NCBI GenBank assembly: GCA_051362555.1
Contig: CM120644.1
Span: forward strand, 2,178,954-2,242,953
Reading direction: 5' to 3'
DNA length: 64,000 bases
Source: Lingula anatina
Lineage: Eukaryota > Animalia > Brachiopoda
This document shows positions 1 through 14,900 of the stretch, piece after piece (within the stretch, counting starts at the first letter, position 1; each line of letters opens with the position of its first letter). A model generated the notes under the pieces. That model saw nothing but the letters and a program-made list of their open reading frames with translations, made no database searches and was not told where the DNA came from. The position numbers and the translations under genes are program-made.

Positions 1-2198
1 CCCCTACAACAACAACGTCTACTGTGAAAAGTACAGGTGAAAGTGATACCACTGCCCCTACAACAACGACTTCTACGGTAAAAACTACAGATAAAGGTGA
101 TACCTCTGCCCCTACAACAACAACGTCTACTGTGAAAATTACAGGTGAAGGTGATACCTCTGCCCCTACAACAACGACGTCTTCTGTAAAAACTACAGGT
201 GAAGGTTATACCTCTGCCCCTACAACAACGACGTCTACTGTACAAACTACAGGTGAAGGTGATACGTCTGCCCCTTCAACAACGACGTCTACTGTAAAAA
301 CTACAGGTGAAGGTGATACCTCTGCCCCCACAACAACAACGTCTGTTACTACTGTACAAACTACAGGTGAAGATGATACCTCTGCCCCTACAACAATGAC
401 GTCCACTGTGAAAACTACAGGTGAAGGTGATACCTCTGCCCCTACAACAACAATGTCTACTGTGAAAACTACAGGTGAAGGTGATACCTCTGCCCCTACA
501 ACAACGATGTCTACTGTACAAACTACAGGTGAAGGTGATACCTCTGCCCCTAAAACAACGACGTCTACTGTGAAAACTACAGGTGAAGGTGATACCTCTG
601 CCCCTACAACAACAACGTCCACTGTGAAAACTACAGGTGAAGGTGATACCTCTGTCCCTACAACAACGACGTCTATTGTAAAAACTACAGGTGAAGGTGA
701 TACCTCTGCCCCTACAACAACGACGTCTACTGTGAAAACTACAGGTGAAGGTGATAGCTCTGCCCCTACAACAACGACGTCTACTGTACAAACTACAGGT
801 GAAGGTGATACCTCTGCCCCTACAACAACGACGTCTACTGTAAAAACTACAGGTGAAGGTGATACCTCTGCCCCTACAACAACGACGTCTACTGTGATAA
901 CTACAGGTGAAGGTGATACCTCTGCCCCTACAACAACGACGTCTACTGTACAAACGACAGGTGAAGGTGATACCTCTGCCCCAACAACAACGACGTCTGT
1001 TACTACTGTACAAACAACAGGTGAAGGTGATACCTCTGCTTCTACAACAACGACGTCTACTGTACAAACTACAGGTGAAGGTGATACGTCTGCCCCTACA
1101 AAAACGACGTCTACTGTGAAAACTACAGGTGAAGGTGATACCTCTGCCCCTACAACAACGACTTCTACTATAAAAACTACAGGTGAAGGTGATACCTCTG
1201 CCCCTACAACAACAACGTCTACTGTGAAAAGTACAGGTGAAAGTGATACCACTGCCCCTACAACAACGACTTCTACGGTAAAAACTACAGATAAAGGTGA
1301 TACCTCTGCCCCTACAACAACAACGTCTACTGTGAAAATTACAGGTGAAGGTGATACCTCTGCCCCTACAACAACGACGTCTTCTGTAAAAACTACAGGT
1401 GAAGGTTATACCTCTGCCCCTACAACAACGACGTCTACTGTACAAACTACAGGTGAAGGTGATACGTCTGCCCCTTCAACAACGACGTCTACTGTAAAAA
1501 CTACAGGTGAAGGTGATACCTCTGCCCCCACAACAACAACGTCTGTTACTACTGTACAAACTACAGGTGAAGATGATACCTCTGCCCCTACAACAATGAC
1601 GTCCACTGTGAAAACTACAGGTGAAGGTGATACCTCTGCCCCTACAACAACAATGTCTACTGTGAAAACTACAGGTGAAGGTGATACCTCTGCCCCTACA
1701 ACAACGATGTCTACTGTACAAACTACAGGTGAAGGTGATACCTCTGCCCCTAAAACAACGACGTCTACTGTGAAAACTACAGGTGAAGGTGATACCTCTG
1801 CCCCTACAACAACAACGTCCACTGTGAAAACTACAGGTGAAGGTGATACCTCTGTCCCTACAACAACGACGTCTATTGTAAAAACTACAGGTGAAGGTGA
1901 TACCTCTGCCCCTACAACAACGACGTCTACTGTGAAAACTACAGGTGAAGGTGATAGCTCTGCCCCTACAACAACGACGTCTACTGTACAAACTACAGGT
2001 GAAGGTGATACCTCTGCCCCTACAACAACGACGTCTACTGTAAAAACTACAGGTGAAGGTGATACCTCTGCCCCTACAACAACGACGTCTACTGTGATAA
2101 CTACAGGTGAAGGTGATACCTCTGCCCCTACAACAACGACGTCTACTGTACAAACGACAGGTGAAGGTGATACCTCTGCCCCAACAACAACGACGTCT
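1..2198 (+). repeat. Higher-order repeat, period 1200 bp
   Basis: 1-998 is identical by eye to 1201-2198, including rare variants (KSTGESDTTA, TTDKG, APKT, VITTG). Confidence 0.9.
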
Positions 2199-5100
2199 AC
2201 TGTACAAACTACAGGTGAAGGTGATACCTCTGCCCCCACAGCAACAACGTCTACTGTAAAAACTACAGGTGAAGGTGATACCTCTGCCCCAACAACAACG
2301 ACGTCTGTTACTACTGTACGAAATGCAGGTGAAGGTGATACCTCTGCCCCTACAACAACGACATCTACTGTAAAACGTACAGGTGAAGGTGATACCTCTA
2401 CCCCTACAAAAACGACGTCTACTGTAAAAACTGCAGGTGAAGATGATACCTCTGCCCCTACAACAACGACGTCTACTGTAAAAACTACAGGTGAAGGTGA
2501 TACCTCTGCCCCTACAACAACGACGTCTACTGTGAAAACTACAGGTGAAGGTGATACCTCTGCCCCTACAACAACGACGTCTACTGTGAAAACTACAGGT
2601 GAAGGTGATACCTCTGCCCCTACAAAAACGACTTCTACTGTGAAAACTACATGTGAAGGTGATGCCTCTGCCCCTACAACAACGACGTCTACTGTTAAAA
2701 CTACAGGTGAAGGTGATACCTCTGCCCCTACAACAATGACGTCTACTGTAAAAACTACAGGTGAAGGTGATACCTCTGCCCCTACAACAACGACGTCTGT
2801 TACTACTGTACAAACTACAGGTGAAGGTGATACGTATGCCCCTACAACAACGACGTCTACTGTGAAAACTACAGGTGAAGGTGATACCTCTGCCCCTACA
2901 ACAACGACATCTACTGTACAAACTACAGGTGAAGGTAGTAGGTTTGCTCCTTCAACAACGACGTCTACTGTTAAAACTACAGGTGGAGGTGATACCTCTG
3001 CCTCTTCTACAACTACGTCTACTGTACAAACTACAGGTGAAGGTGATACCTCAGCCCCTACAACAACGACGTCTTCTGTAAAAACTACAGGTGAAAGTTA
3101 TACCTCAGCCCCTACAACAACGACGTCTTCTGTAAAAACTACAGGCGAAGGTGATACCTCTGCCCCCACAACATCAACGTCTACTGTAAAAACTACAGGT
3201 GAAGGTGAAACCTCTGCCCCTAGAACAACGACGTCTACTGTACAAACTACAGGTGAAGGTGATACCTCTGCACCTACAACAACGACATCTACTGTAAAAA
3301 CTACAGGTGAAGGTGATACCTCTACCCCTACAACAACGACGTCTACTGTGAAAACTACAGGTGAAGGTGATACCTCTGCCCCTACAACAACGACGTCTAC
3401 TGTGAAAACTACAGGTGAAGGTGATACCTCTGCCCTTACAACAACGACGTCTACTGTGAAAACTACAGGTGAAGGTGATACCTCTGCCCCTACAACAATG
3501 ACGTCTGTTACTACTGTACAAACTACAGGTGAAGGAGATACCTCTGCCCCAACAACAACGATGTCTGTTACTACTGTACAAACTACAGGTGAAGGTGAAA
3601 CCTCTGCCTCTACAACAACGACGTCTACTGTACAAACTACAGGTGAAGGTGATACCTCTGCCCCTACAACAACGACGTCTACTGTGAAAACTACAGGTGA
3701 AGGTGATACCTCTGCCCCTACAACAACGACGTCTACTGTGAAAACTACAGGTGAAGGTGATACCTCTGCCCCTACAACAACGACGTCTACTGTGAAAACT
3801 ACAGGTGAAGGTGATACCTCTGCCCTTACAACAACGACGTCTACTGTGAAAACTACAGGTGAAGGTGATACCTCCGCCCCTACAACAACGACGTCTACTG
3901 TGAAAACTACAGGTGAAGGTGATACCTCTGCCCCTACAACAACGACGTCTACTGTTAAACCTACAGGTGAAGGTGATACCTTTGCCCCTACAACAACGAC
4001 ATCCACTGTGAAAACTACAGGTGAAGGTGATACCTCTGCCCCTACAACAACGACGTCTACTGTACAAACTTCAGGTGAGGGTGATACCTCTGCCCCTACA
4101 ACAATGACGTCTACTGTAAAAACTACAGGTAAAGGTGATACCTCTGCCCCTACAACAACGACGTCTGTTACTACTGTACAAACTACAGGTGAAAGTGATA
4201 CCTCTGCCTCTACAACAACGACGTCTACTGTACAAACTACAGGTGAAGGTGATACCTCTGCCCCTACAACAATGACGTCTACTGTAAAAACTACAGGTGA
4301 AGGTGATACCTCTGCCCCTACAACAACGACGTCTGTTACTACTGTACAAACTACAGGTGAAGGTGATACGTATGCCCCTACAACAACGACGTCTACTGTG
4401 AAAACTACAGGTGAAGGTGATACCTCTGCCCCTACAACAACGACATCTACTGTACAAACTACAGGTGAAGGTAGTAGGTTTGCTCCTTCAACAACGACGT
4501 CTACTGTTAAAACTACAGGTGGAGGTGATACCTCTGCCTCTTCTACAACTACGTCTACTGTACAAACTACAGGTGAAGGTGATACCTCAGCCCCTACAAC
4601 AACGACGTCTTCTGTAAAAACTACAGGTGAAAGTTATACCTCAGCCCCTACAACAACGACGTCTTCTGTAAAAACTACAGGCGAAGGTGATACCTCTGCC
4701 CCCACAACATCAACGTCTACTGTAAAAACTACAGGTGAAGGTGAAACCTCTGCCCCTAGAACAACGACGTCTACTGTACAAACTACAGGTGAAGGTGATA
4801 CCTCTGCACCTACAACAACGACATCTACTGTAAAAACTACAGGTGAAGGTGATACCTCTACCCCTACAACAACGACGTCTACTGTGAAAACTACAGGTGA
4901 AGGTGATACCTCTGCCCCTACAACAACGACGTCTACTGTGAAAACTACAGGTGAAGGTGATACCTCTGCCCTTACAACAACGACGTCTACTGTGAAAACT
5001 ACAGGTGAAGGTGATACCTCTGCCCCTACAACAATGACGTCTGTTACTACTGTACAAACTACAGGTGAAGGAGATACCTCTGCCCCAACAACAACGATGT

Positions 5101-8100
5101 CTGTTACTACTGTACAAACTACAGGTGAAGGTGAAACCTCTGCCTCTACAACAACGACGTCTACTGTACAAACTACAGGTGAAGGTGATACCTCTGCCCC
5201 TACAACAACGACGTCTACTGTGAAAACTACAGGTGAAGGTGATACCTCTGCCCCTACAACAACGACGTCTACTGTGAAAACTACAGGTGAAGGTGATACC
5301 TCTGCCCCTACAACAACGACGTCTACTGTGAAAACTACAGGTGAAGGTGATACCTCTGCCCTTACAACAACGACGTCTACTGTGAAAACTACAGGTGAAG
5401 GTGATACCTCCGCCCCTACAACAACGACGTCTACTGTGAAAACTACAGGTGAAGGTGATACCTCTGCCCCTACAACAACGACGTCTACTGTTAAACCTAC
5501 AGGTGAAGGTGATACCTTTGCCCCTACAACAACGACATCCACTGTGAAAACTACAGGTGAAGGTGATACCTCTGCCCCTACAACAACGACGTCTACTGTA
5601 CAAACTTCAGGTGAGGGTGATACCTCTGCCCCTACAACAATGACGTCTACTGTAAAAACTACAGGTAAAGGTGATACCTCTGCCCCTACAACAACGACGT
5701 CTGTTACTACTGTACAAACTACATGTGAAAGTGATACCTCTGCCTCTACAACAACGACGTCTACTGTACAAACTACAGGTGAAGGTGATACGTCTGCCCC
5801 TACAACAACGACGTCTACTGTGAAAACTACAGGTGAAGGTGATACCTCTGCCCCTACAACAACGACATCTACTGTACAAACTACAGGTGAAGGTAATACG
5901 TTTGCTCCTTCAACAACGACGTCTACTGTAAAAACTACAGGTGAAGGTGATACCTCTGCCCCCACAACAACGACTTCTACTGTAAAAACTACAGGTGAAG
6001 GTGATACCTCTGCCCCTCCAACAATGACGTCTACTGTGAAAACTACAGGTGAAGGTGATACCTCTGCCTCTTCTACAACTACGTCTACTGTACAAACTAC
6101 AGGTGAAGGTGATACCTCAGCCACTACAACAACGACGTCTTCTGTAAAAACTACAGGTGAAGGTTATACCTCAGCCCATACAACAACGACGTCTTCTGTA
6201 AAAACTACAGGTGAAGGTTATACCTCAGCCCCTACAACAACGACGTCTTCTGTAAAAACTACAGGTGAAGGTGATACCTCTGCCCCCACAACAACAAAGT
6301 CTACTGTAAAAACTACAGGTGAAGGTGAAACCTCTGCCCCTACAACAACGACGTCTACTGTACAAACTACAGGTGAAGGTGATACCTATGCCCCAACAAC
6401 ACCGACGTCTGTTACTACTGTTCAAACTACAGGTGAAGGTGATACCTCTGCCCCTACAACAACGACATCTACTGTACAAACTACAGGTGAAGGTGATACC
6501 TCTGCCCCCACAACAACAAAGTCTACTGTAAAAACTACAGGTGAAGGTGAAACCTCTGCCCCTACAACAACGACGTCTACTGTACAAACTACAGGTGAAG
6601 GTGATACCTCTGCCCCAACAACACCGACGTCTGTTACTACTGTTCAAACTACAGGTGAAGGTGATACCTCTGCCCCTACAACAACGACATCTACTGTACA
6701 AACTACAGGTGAAGATGATACCTCTGCCCCTACAACAACGACGTCTACTGTAAAAACTACAGGTGAAGGTGATACCTCTGCCCCTACAACAACGACGTCT
6801 ACTGTGAAAACTACAGGTGAAGGTGATACCTCTGCCCCTACAACAACGACGTCTACTGTGAAAACTACAGGTGAAGGTGATACCTCTGCCCCTACAAAAA
6901 CGACTTCTACTGTGAAAACTACAGGTGAAAGTGATGCCTCTGCCCCTACAAAAACGACGTCTACTGTGAAAACTACAGGTGAAGGTGATGCCTCTGCCCT
7001 TACAACAACGACGTCTACTGTTAAAACTACAGGTGAAGGTGATACCTCTGCCCCTACAACAACGACGTCTACTGTGAAAACTACAGGTGAAGGTGATACC
7101 TCTGCCCCTACAACAACGACGTCTACTGTACAAACTACAGGTGAAGGTGATACCTCTGCCCCTACAACAACGACGTCTGTTACTACTGTACAAACTACAG
7201 GTGAAGGTGATACCTCTGCCCCTACAACAACGACGTCTACTGTGAAAACTACAGGTGAAGGTGATACCTCTGCCCCTACAACAACGACATCTACTGTAAA
7301 AACTACAGGTGAAGGTGATACTTCTGCCCCTACAACAACGACGTCTACTGTGAAAACTACAGGTGGAGGTGATACCTCTGCCTCTTCTACAACTACGTCT
7401 ACTGTACAAACTACAGGTGAAGGTGATACCTCAGCCCCTACAACAACGACGTCTTCTGTAAAAACTACAGGTGAAGGTTATACCTCAGCCCCTACAACAA
7501 CGACGTCTTCTGTAAAAACTACAGGCGAAGGTGATACCTCTGCCCCCACAACATCAACGTCTACTGTAAAAACTACAGGTGAAGGTGAAACCTCTGCCCC
7601 TACAACAACGACGTCTACTGTACAAACTACAGGTGAAGGTGATACCTCTGCCCCAACAACAACGACGTCTGTTACTACTGTACAAACTACAGGTGAAGGT
7701 GATACCTCTGCCCCTACAACAACGACATCTACTGTAAAAACTACAGGTGAAGGTGATACCTCTACCCCTACAACAACGACGTCTACTGTACAAACTACAG
7801 GTGAAGGTGATACCTCTGCCCCTACAACAACGACGTCTACTGTGAAAACTACAGGTGAAGGTGATACCTCTGCCCCTACAACAACGACGTCTACTGTGAA
7901 AACTACAGGTGATGGTGATACCTCTGCCCCCACAACAACGATGTCTACTGTACAAACTACAGGTGAAGGTGATACATCTGCCCCTACAACAACGACGTCT
8001 ACTGTGAAAACTACAGGTGAAGGTGATACCTCTGCCCCTACAACAACGACGTCTACTGTGAAAACTACAGGTGAAGGTGAAACCTTTGTCCCTACAACAA

Positions 8101-11100
8101 CGACGTCTATTATACAAACTACAGGTGAAGGTGATACCTCTGCCCCAACAACAACGACGTCTGTTACTACTGTACAAACAACAGGTGAAGGTGATACCTC
8201 TGCCTCTACAACAACGACGTCTACTGTACAAACTACAGGTGAAGGTGATACCTCTGCCCCTACAACAACGACGTCTACTGTGAAAACTACAGGTGAAGAT
8301 GATACCTTTGCCCCTACAACAATGACGTCTACTGTGAAAACTACAGGTGAAGGTGATACCTCTGCCCCTACAACAACGACGTCTGTTACTACTGTAAAAA
8401 CAACAGGTGAAGGTGATACCTCTGCCCCAACAACAACGACGTCTGTTACTACTGTACAAACTACAGGTGAAGGTGATACCTCTGCCCCTACAACAACGAC
8501 ATCTACTGTAAAAACTACAGGTGAAGGTGATACCTCTACCCCTACAACAACGACGTCTACTGTACAAACTACAGGTGAAGGTGATACCTCTGCCCCTACA
8601 ACAACGACGTCTACTGTGAAAACTACAGGTGAAGGTGATACCTCTGCCCCTACAACAACGACGTCTACTGTGAAAACTACAGGTGATGGTGATACCTCTG
8701 CCCCCACAACAACGATGTCTACTGTACAAACTACAGGTGAAGGTGATACATCTGCCCCTACAACAACGACGTCTACTGTGAAAACTACAGGTGAAGGTGA
8801 TACCTCTGCCCCTACAACAACGACGTCTACTGTGAAAACTACAGGTGAAGGTGAAACCTTTGTCCCTACAACAACGACGTCTATTATACAAACTACAGGT
8901 GAAGGTGATACCTCTGCCCCAACAACAACGACGTCTGTTACTACTGTACAAACAACAGGTGAAGGTGATACCTCTGCCTCTACAACAACGACGTCTACTG
9001 TACAAACTACAGGTGAAGGTGATACCTCTGCCCCTACAACAACGACGTCTACTGTGAAAACTACAGGTGAAGATGATACCTTTGCCCCTACAACAATGAC
9101 GTCTACTGTGAAAACTACAGGTGAAGGTGATACCTCTGCCCCTACAACAACGACGTCTGTTACTACTGTAAAAACAACAGGTGAAGGTGATACCTCTGCC
9201 CCAACAACAACGACGTCTGTTACTACTGTACAAACAACAGGTGAAGGTGATACCTCTGCCTCTACAACAACGACGTCTACTGTACAAACTACAGATGAAG
9301 GTGATACCTCTGCCCTTTCAAGAATGACGTCTACTGTAAAAACTACAGGTGAAGGTGATACCTCTGTCCCTACAACAACGACGTCTACTGTACACACTAC
9401 AGGTGAAGGTGATACCTCTGCCTCTTCTACAACTACGTGTACTGTGAAAACTACAGGTGAAGGTGATGCCTCTGCCCCTACAACAACGACGTCTACTGTT
9501 AAAACTACAGGTGAAGGTGATACCTCTGCCCCTACAACAACGACGTCTGTTACTACTGTAAAAACTACAGGTGAAGGTGATACGTCTGCCTCTACAACAA
9601 CGACGTCTACTGTACAAACTACAGGTGAAGGTGATACCTCTGCCCCTACAACAACGACGTCTGTTACTACTGTAAAAACTACAGGTGAAGGTGATACCTC
9701 TGCCTCTACAACAACGACGTCTACTGTACAAACTACAGATGAAGGTGATACCTCTGCCCTTTCAAGAACGACGTCTACTGTAAAAACTACAGGTGAAGGT
9801 GATACCTCTGCCCCTACAACAACGACGTCTACTGTAAAAACTACAGGTGGAGGTGATACCTCTGCCTCTTCTACAACTACGTCTACTGTGAAAACTACAG
9901 GTGAAGGTGATGCCTCTGCCCCTACAACAACGACGTCTACTGTTAAAACTACAGGTGAAGGTGATACCTCTGCCCCTACAACAACGACGTCTACTGTGAA
10001 AACTACAGGTGAAGGTGATACCTCTGCCCCTACAACAACGACGTCTACTGTACAAACTACAGGTGAAGGTGATACCTCTGCCCCTACAACAACGACGTCT
10101 GTTACTACTGTACAAACTACAGGTGAAGGTGATACCTCTGCCCCTACAACAACGACGTCTACTGTGAAAACTACAGGTGAAGGTGATACCTCTGCCCCTA
10201 CAACAACGACATCTACTGTAAAAACTACAGGTGAAGGTGATACCTCTGCCCCTACAACAACGACATCTACTGTAAAAACTACAGGTGAAGGTGATACCTC
10301 TACCCCTACAACAACGACGTCTACTGTACAAACTACAGGTGAAGGTGATACCTCTGCCCCTACAACAACGACGTCTACTGTGAAAACTACAGGTGAAGGT
10401 GATACCTCTGCCCCTACAACAACGACGTCTACTGTGAAAACTACAGGTGATGGTGATACCTCTGCCCCCACAACAACGATGTCTACTGTACAAACTACAG
10501 GTGAAGGTGATACATCTGCCCCTACAACAACGACGTCTACTGTGAAAACTACAGGTGAAGGTGATACCTCTGCCCCTACAACAACGACGTCTACTGTGAA
10601 AACTACAGGTGAAGGTGAAACCTTTGTCCCTACAACAACGACGTCTATTATACAAACTACAGGTGAAGGTGATACCTCTGCCCCAACAACAACGACGTCT
10701 GTTACTACTGTACAAACAACAGGTGAAGGTGATACCTCTGCCTCTACAACAACGACGTCTACTGTACAAACTACAGGTGAAGGTGATACCTCTGCCCCTA
10801 CAACAACGACGTCTACTGTGAAAACTACAGGTGAAGATGATACCTTTGCCCCTACAACAATGACGTCTACTGTGAAAACTACAGGTGAAGGTGATACCTC
10901 TGCCCCTACAACAACGACGTCTGTTACTACTGTAAAAACAACAGGTGAAGGTGATACCTCTGCCTCTACAACAACGACGTCTACTGAACAAACTACAGAT
11001 GAAGGTGATACCTCTGCCCCAACAACAACGACGTCTACTGTAAAAACTACAGGTGAAGATGATACCTCTGCCCCTACAACAATGACGTCTACTGTGAAAA

Positions 11101-11981
11101 CTACAGGTGAAGTTGATACCTCTGCCCCTACAACAACGACGTCTACTGTGAAAACTACAGGTGAAGGTGATACCTCTGCCCCTACAACAACGATGTCTAC
11201 TGTACAAACTACAGGTGAAGGTGATACATCTGCCCCTACAACAACGACGTCTACTGTGAAAACTACAGGTGAAGGTGATACCTCTGCCCCTACAACAACG
11301 ACCTCTACTGTGAAAACTACAGGTGAAGGTGAAACCTTTGTCCCTACAACAACGACGTCTATTATACAAACTACAGGTGAAGGTGATACCTCTGCCCCAA
11401 CAACAACGATGTCTGTTACTACTGTACAAACAACAGGTGAAGGTGATACCTCTGCCTCTACAACAACGACGTCTACTGTACAAACTACAGATGAAGGTGA
11501 TACCTCTGCCCTTTCAAGAACGACGTCTACTGTAAAAACTACAGGTGAAGGTGATACCTCTGTCCCTACAACAACGACGTCTACTGTACACACTACAGGT
11601 GAAGGTGATACCTCTGCCCCTACAACAACGACGTCTACTGTAAAAACTACAGGTGAAAGTGATACCTCTGCCCCTACAACGACGACGTCTACTATACAAA
11701 CTACAGGTGAAGGTGATACGTCTGCCCCTACAACAACGACGTCTACTGTGAAAACTACAGGTGAAGGTGATACCTCTGCCCCTACAACAACGACGTCTAC
11801 TGTGAAAACTACAGGCGAAGGTGATACCTCTGCCCCTACAACAAAGACTTCTACTGTAAAAACTACAGATAAAGGTGATACCTCTGCCCCTACAACAACA
11901 ACGTCTACTGTGAAAATTACAGGTGAATGTGATACCTCTGCCCCTACAACAACGACGTCTTCTGTAAAAACTACAGGTGAA
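3..11981 (+). CDS. 5' uninterrupted block of the mucin PTS repeat (about 3,990 codons, start upstream of window); runs into a frameshift at 11982 and stops at 12072-12074
   Basis: The frame is open from CCT at position 3 (ORF track 24..12074). The 'start' at 24 is only a repeat GTG codon, not a real initiation site. Confidence 0.75.
2700..5790 (+). repeat. Higher-order tandem duplication, period 1536 bp
   Basis: Shadow ORFs 2875/4411 and 3174/4710 are offset by 1536. Shared rare variants GEGSRFAPS, GESYTS, APRT and VKPTG. Boundaries approximate. Confidence 0.88.
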
Positions 11982-14900
11982 GTTATAACTCTACCCCTAC
12001 AACAACGACGTCTACTGTACAAACTACAGGTGAAGGTGATACCTCTGCCCCTACAACAACGACGTCTACTGTGAAAACTACAGGTGAAGGTGATACCTCT
12101 GCCCCTACAACAACGACGTCTACTGTGAAAACTACAGGTGAAGGTGATACCTCTGCCCTTACAACAATGACGTCTACTGTAAAAACTACAGGTGAAGGTG
12201 ATACCTCTGCCCCTACAACAATTACGTCTGTTACTACTGTACAAACTACAGGTGAAGGAGATACCTCTGCCCCAACAACAACAACGTCTGTTACTACTGT
12301 ACAAACCACAGGTGAAGGTGAAACCTCTGCCCCTACAACAATGACGTCTACTGTAAAAACTACAGGTGAAGGTGATACCTCTGCCCCTACAACAACGACG
12401 TCTACTGTGAAAACTACAGGTGGAGGTGATACCTCTGCCTCTACAACAACGACGTCTACTGTACAAACTACAGGTGAAGGTGATACCTCTGCCCCTACAA
12501 CAACGACGTCTACTGTGAAAACTACAGGTAAAGGTGATACCTCTGCCCCTACAACAACGACGTCTACTGTTAAAACTACAGGTGAAGGTGATACCTCTGC
12601 CCCTACAACAACGACATCCACTGTGAAAACTACAGGTGAAGGTGATACCTCTGCCCCTACAACAACGACGTCTACTGTACAAACTTCAGGTGAAGGAGAT
12701 ACCTCTGCCCCTACAACAACGACGTCTGTTACTACTGTAAAAACTACAGGTGAAGGTGATACGTCTGCCTCTACAACAACGACGTCTACTGTACAAACTA
12801 CAGGTGAAGGTGATACCTCTGCCCCTACAACAACGACGTCTGTTACTACTGTAAAAACTACAGGTGAAGGTGATACCTCTGCCTCTACAACAACGACGTC
12901 TACTGTACAAACTACAGATGAAGGTGATACCTCTGCCCTTTCAAGAACGACGTCTACTGTAAAAACTACAGGTGAAGGTGATACCTCTGCCCCTACAACA
13001 ACGACGTCTACTGTAAAAACTACAGGTGGAGGTGATACCTCTGCCTCTTCTACAACTACGTCTACTGTGAAAACTACAGGTGAAGGTGATGCCTCTGCCC
13101 CTACAACAACGACGTCTACTGTTAAAACTACAGGTGAAGGTGATACCTCTGCCCCTACAACAACGACGTCTACTGTGAAAACTACAGGTGAAGGTGATAC
13201 CTCTGCCCCTACAACAACGACGTCTACTGTACAAACTACAGGTGAAGGTGATACCTCTGCCCCTACAACAACGACGTCTGTTACTACTGTACAAACTACA
13301 GGTGAAGGTGATACCTCTGCCCCTACAACAACGACGTCTACTGTGAAAACTACAGGTGAAGGTGATACCTCTGCCCCTACAACAACGACATCTACTGTAA
13401 AAACTACAGGTGAAGGTGATACCTCTGCCCCTACAACAACGACATCTACTGTAAAAACTACAGGTGAAGGTGATACCTCTACCCCTACAACAACGACGTC
13501 TACTGTACAAACTACAGGTGAAGGTGATACCTCTGCCCCTACAACAACGACGTCTACTGTGAAAACTACAGGTGAAGGTGATACCTCTGCCCCTACAACA
13601 ACGACGTCTACTGTGAAAACTACAGGTGATGGTGATACCTCTGCCCCCACAACAACGATGTCTACTGTACAAACTACAGGTGAAGGTGATACATCTGCCC
13701 CTACAACAACGACGTCTACTGTGAAAACTACAGGTGAAGGTGATACCTCTGCCCCTACAACAACGACGTCTACTGTGAAAACTACAGGTGAAGGTGAAAC
13801 CTTTGTCCCTACAACAACGACGTCTATTATACAAACTACAGGTGAAGGTGATACCTCTGCCCCAACAACAACGACGTCTGTTACTACTGTACAAACAACA
13901 GGTGAAGGTGATACCTCTGCCTCTACAACAACGACGTCTACTGTACAAACTACAGGTGAAGGTGATACCTCTGCCCCTACAACAACGACGTCTACTGTGA
14001 AAACTACAGGTGAAGATGATACCTTTGCCCCTACAACAATGACGTCTACTGTGAAAACTACAGGTGAAGGTGATACCTCTGCCCCTACAACAACGACGTC
14101 TGTTACTACTGTAAAAACAACAGGTGAAGGTGATACCTCTGCCTCTACAACAACGACGTCTACTGAACAAACTACAGATGAAGGTGATACCTCTGCCCCA
14201 ACAACAACGACGTCTACTGTAAAAACTACAGGTGAAGATGATACCTCTGCCCCTACAACAATGACGTCTACTGTGAAAACTACAGGTGAAGTTGATACCT
14301 CTGCCCCTACAACAACGACGTCTACTGTGAAAACTACAGGTGAAGGTGATACCTCTGCCCCTACAACAACGATGTCTACTGTACAAACTACAGGTGAAGG
14401 TGATACATCTGCCCCTACAACAACGACGTCTACTGTGAAAACTACAGGTGAAGGTGATACCTCTGCCCCTACAACAACGACCTCTACTGTGAAAACTACA
14501 GGTGAAGGTGAAACCTTTGTCCCTACAACAACGACGTCTATTATACAAACTACAGGTGAAGGTGATACCTCTGCCCCAACAACAACGATGTCTGTTACTA
14601 CTGTACAAACAACAGGTGAAGGTGATACCTCTGCCTCTACAACAACGACGTCTACTGTACAAACTACAGATGAAGGTGATACCTCTGCCCTTTCAAGAAC
14701 GACGTCTACTGTAAAAACTACAGGTGAAGGTGATACCTCTGTCCCTACAACAACGACGTCTACTGTACACACTACAGGTGAAGGTGATACCTCTGCCCCT
14801 ACAACAACGACGTCTACTGTAAAAACTACAGGTGAAAGTGATACCTCTGCCCCTACAACGACGACGTCTACTATACAAACTACAGGTGAAGGTGATACGT

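Noticed and set aside
11975-11995. Programmed ribosomal frameshifting at the lesions
   Set aside because: There is no X XXY YYZ slippery site or evident stimulatory structure at type-A sites. Nine shifts plus three TAA read-throughs would be needed.
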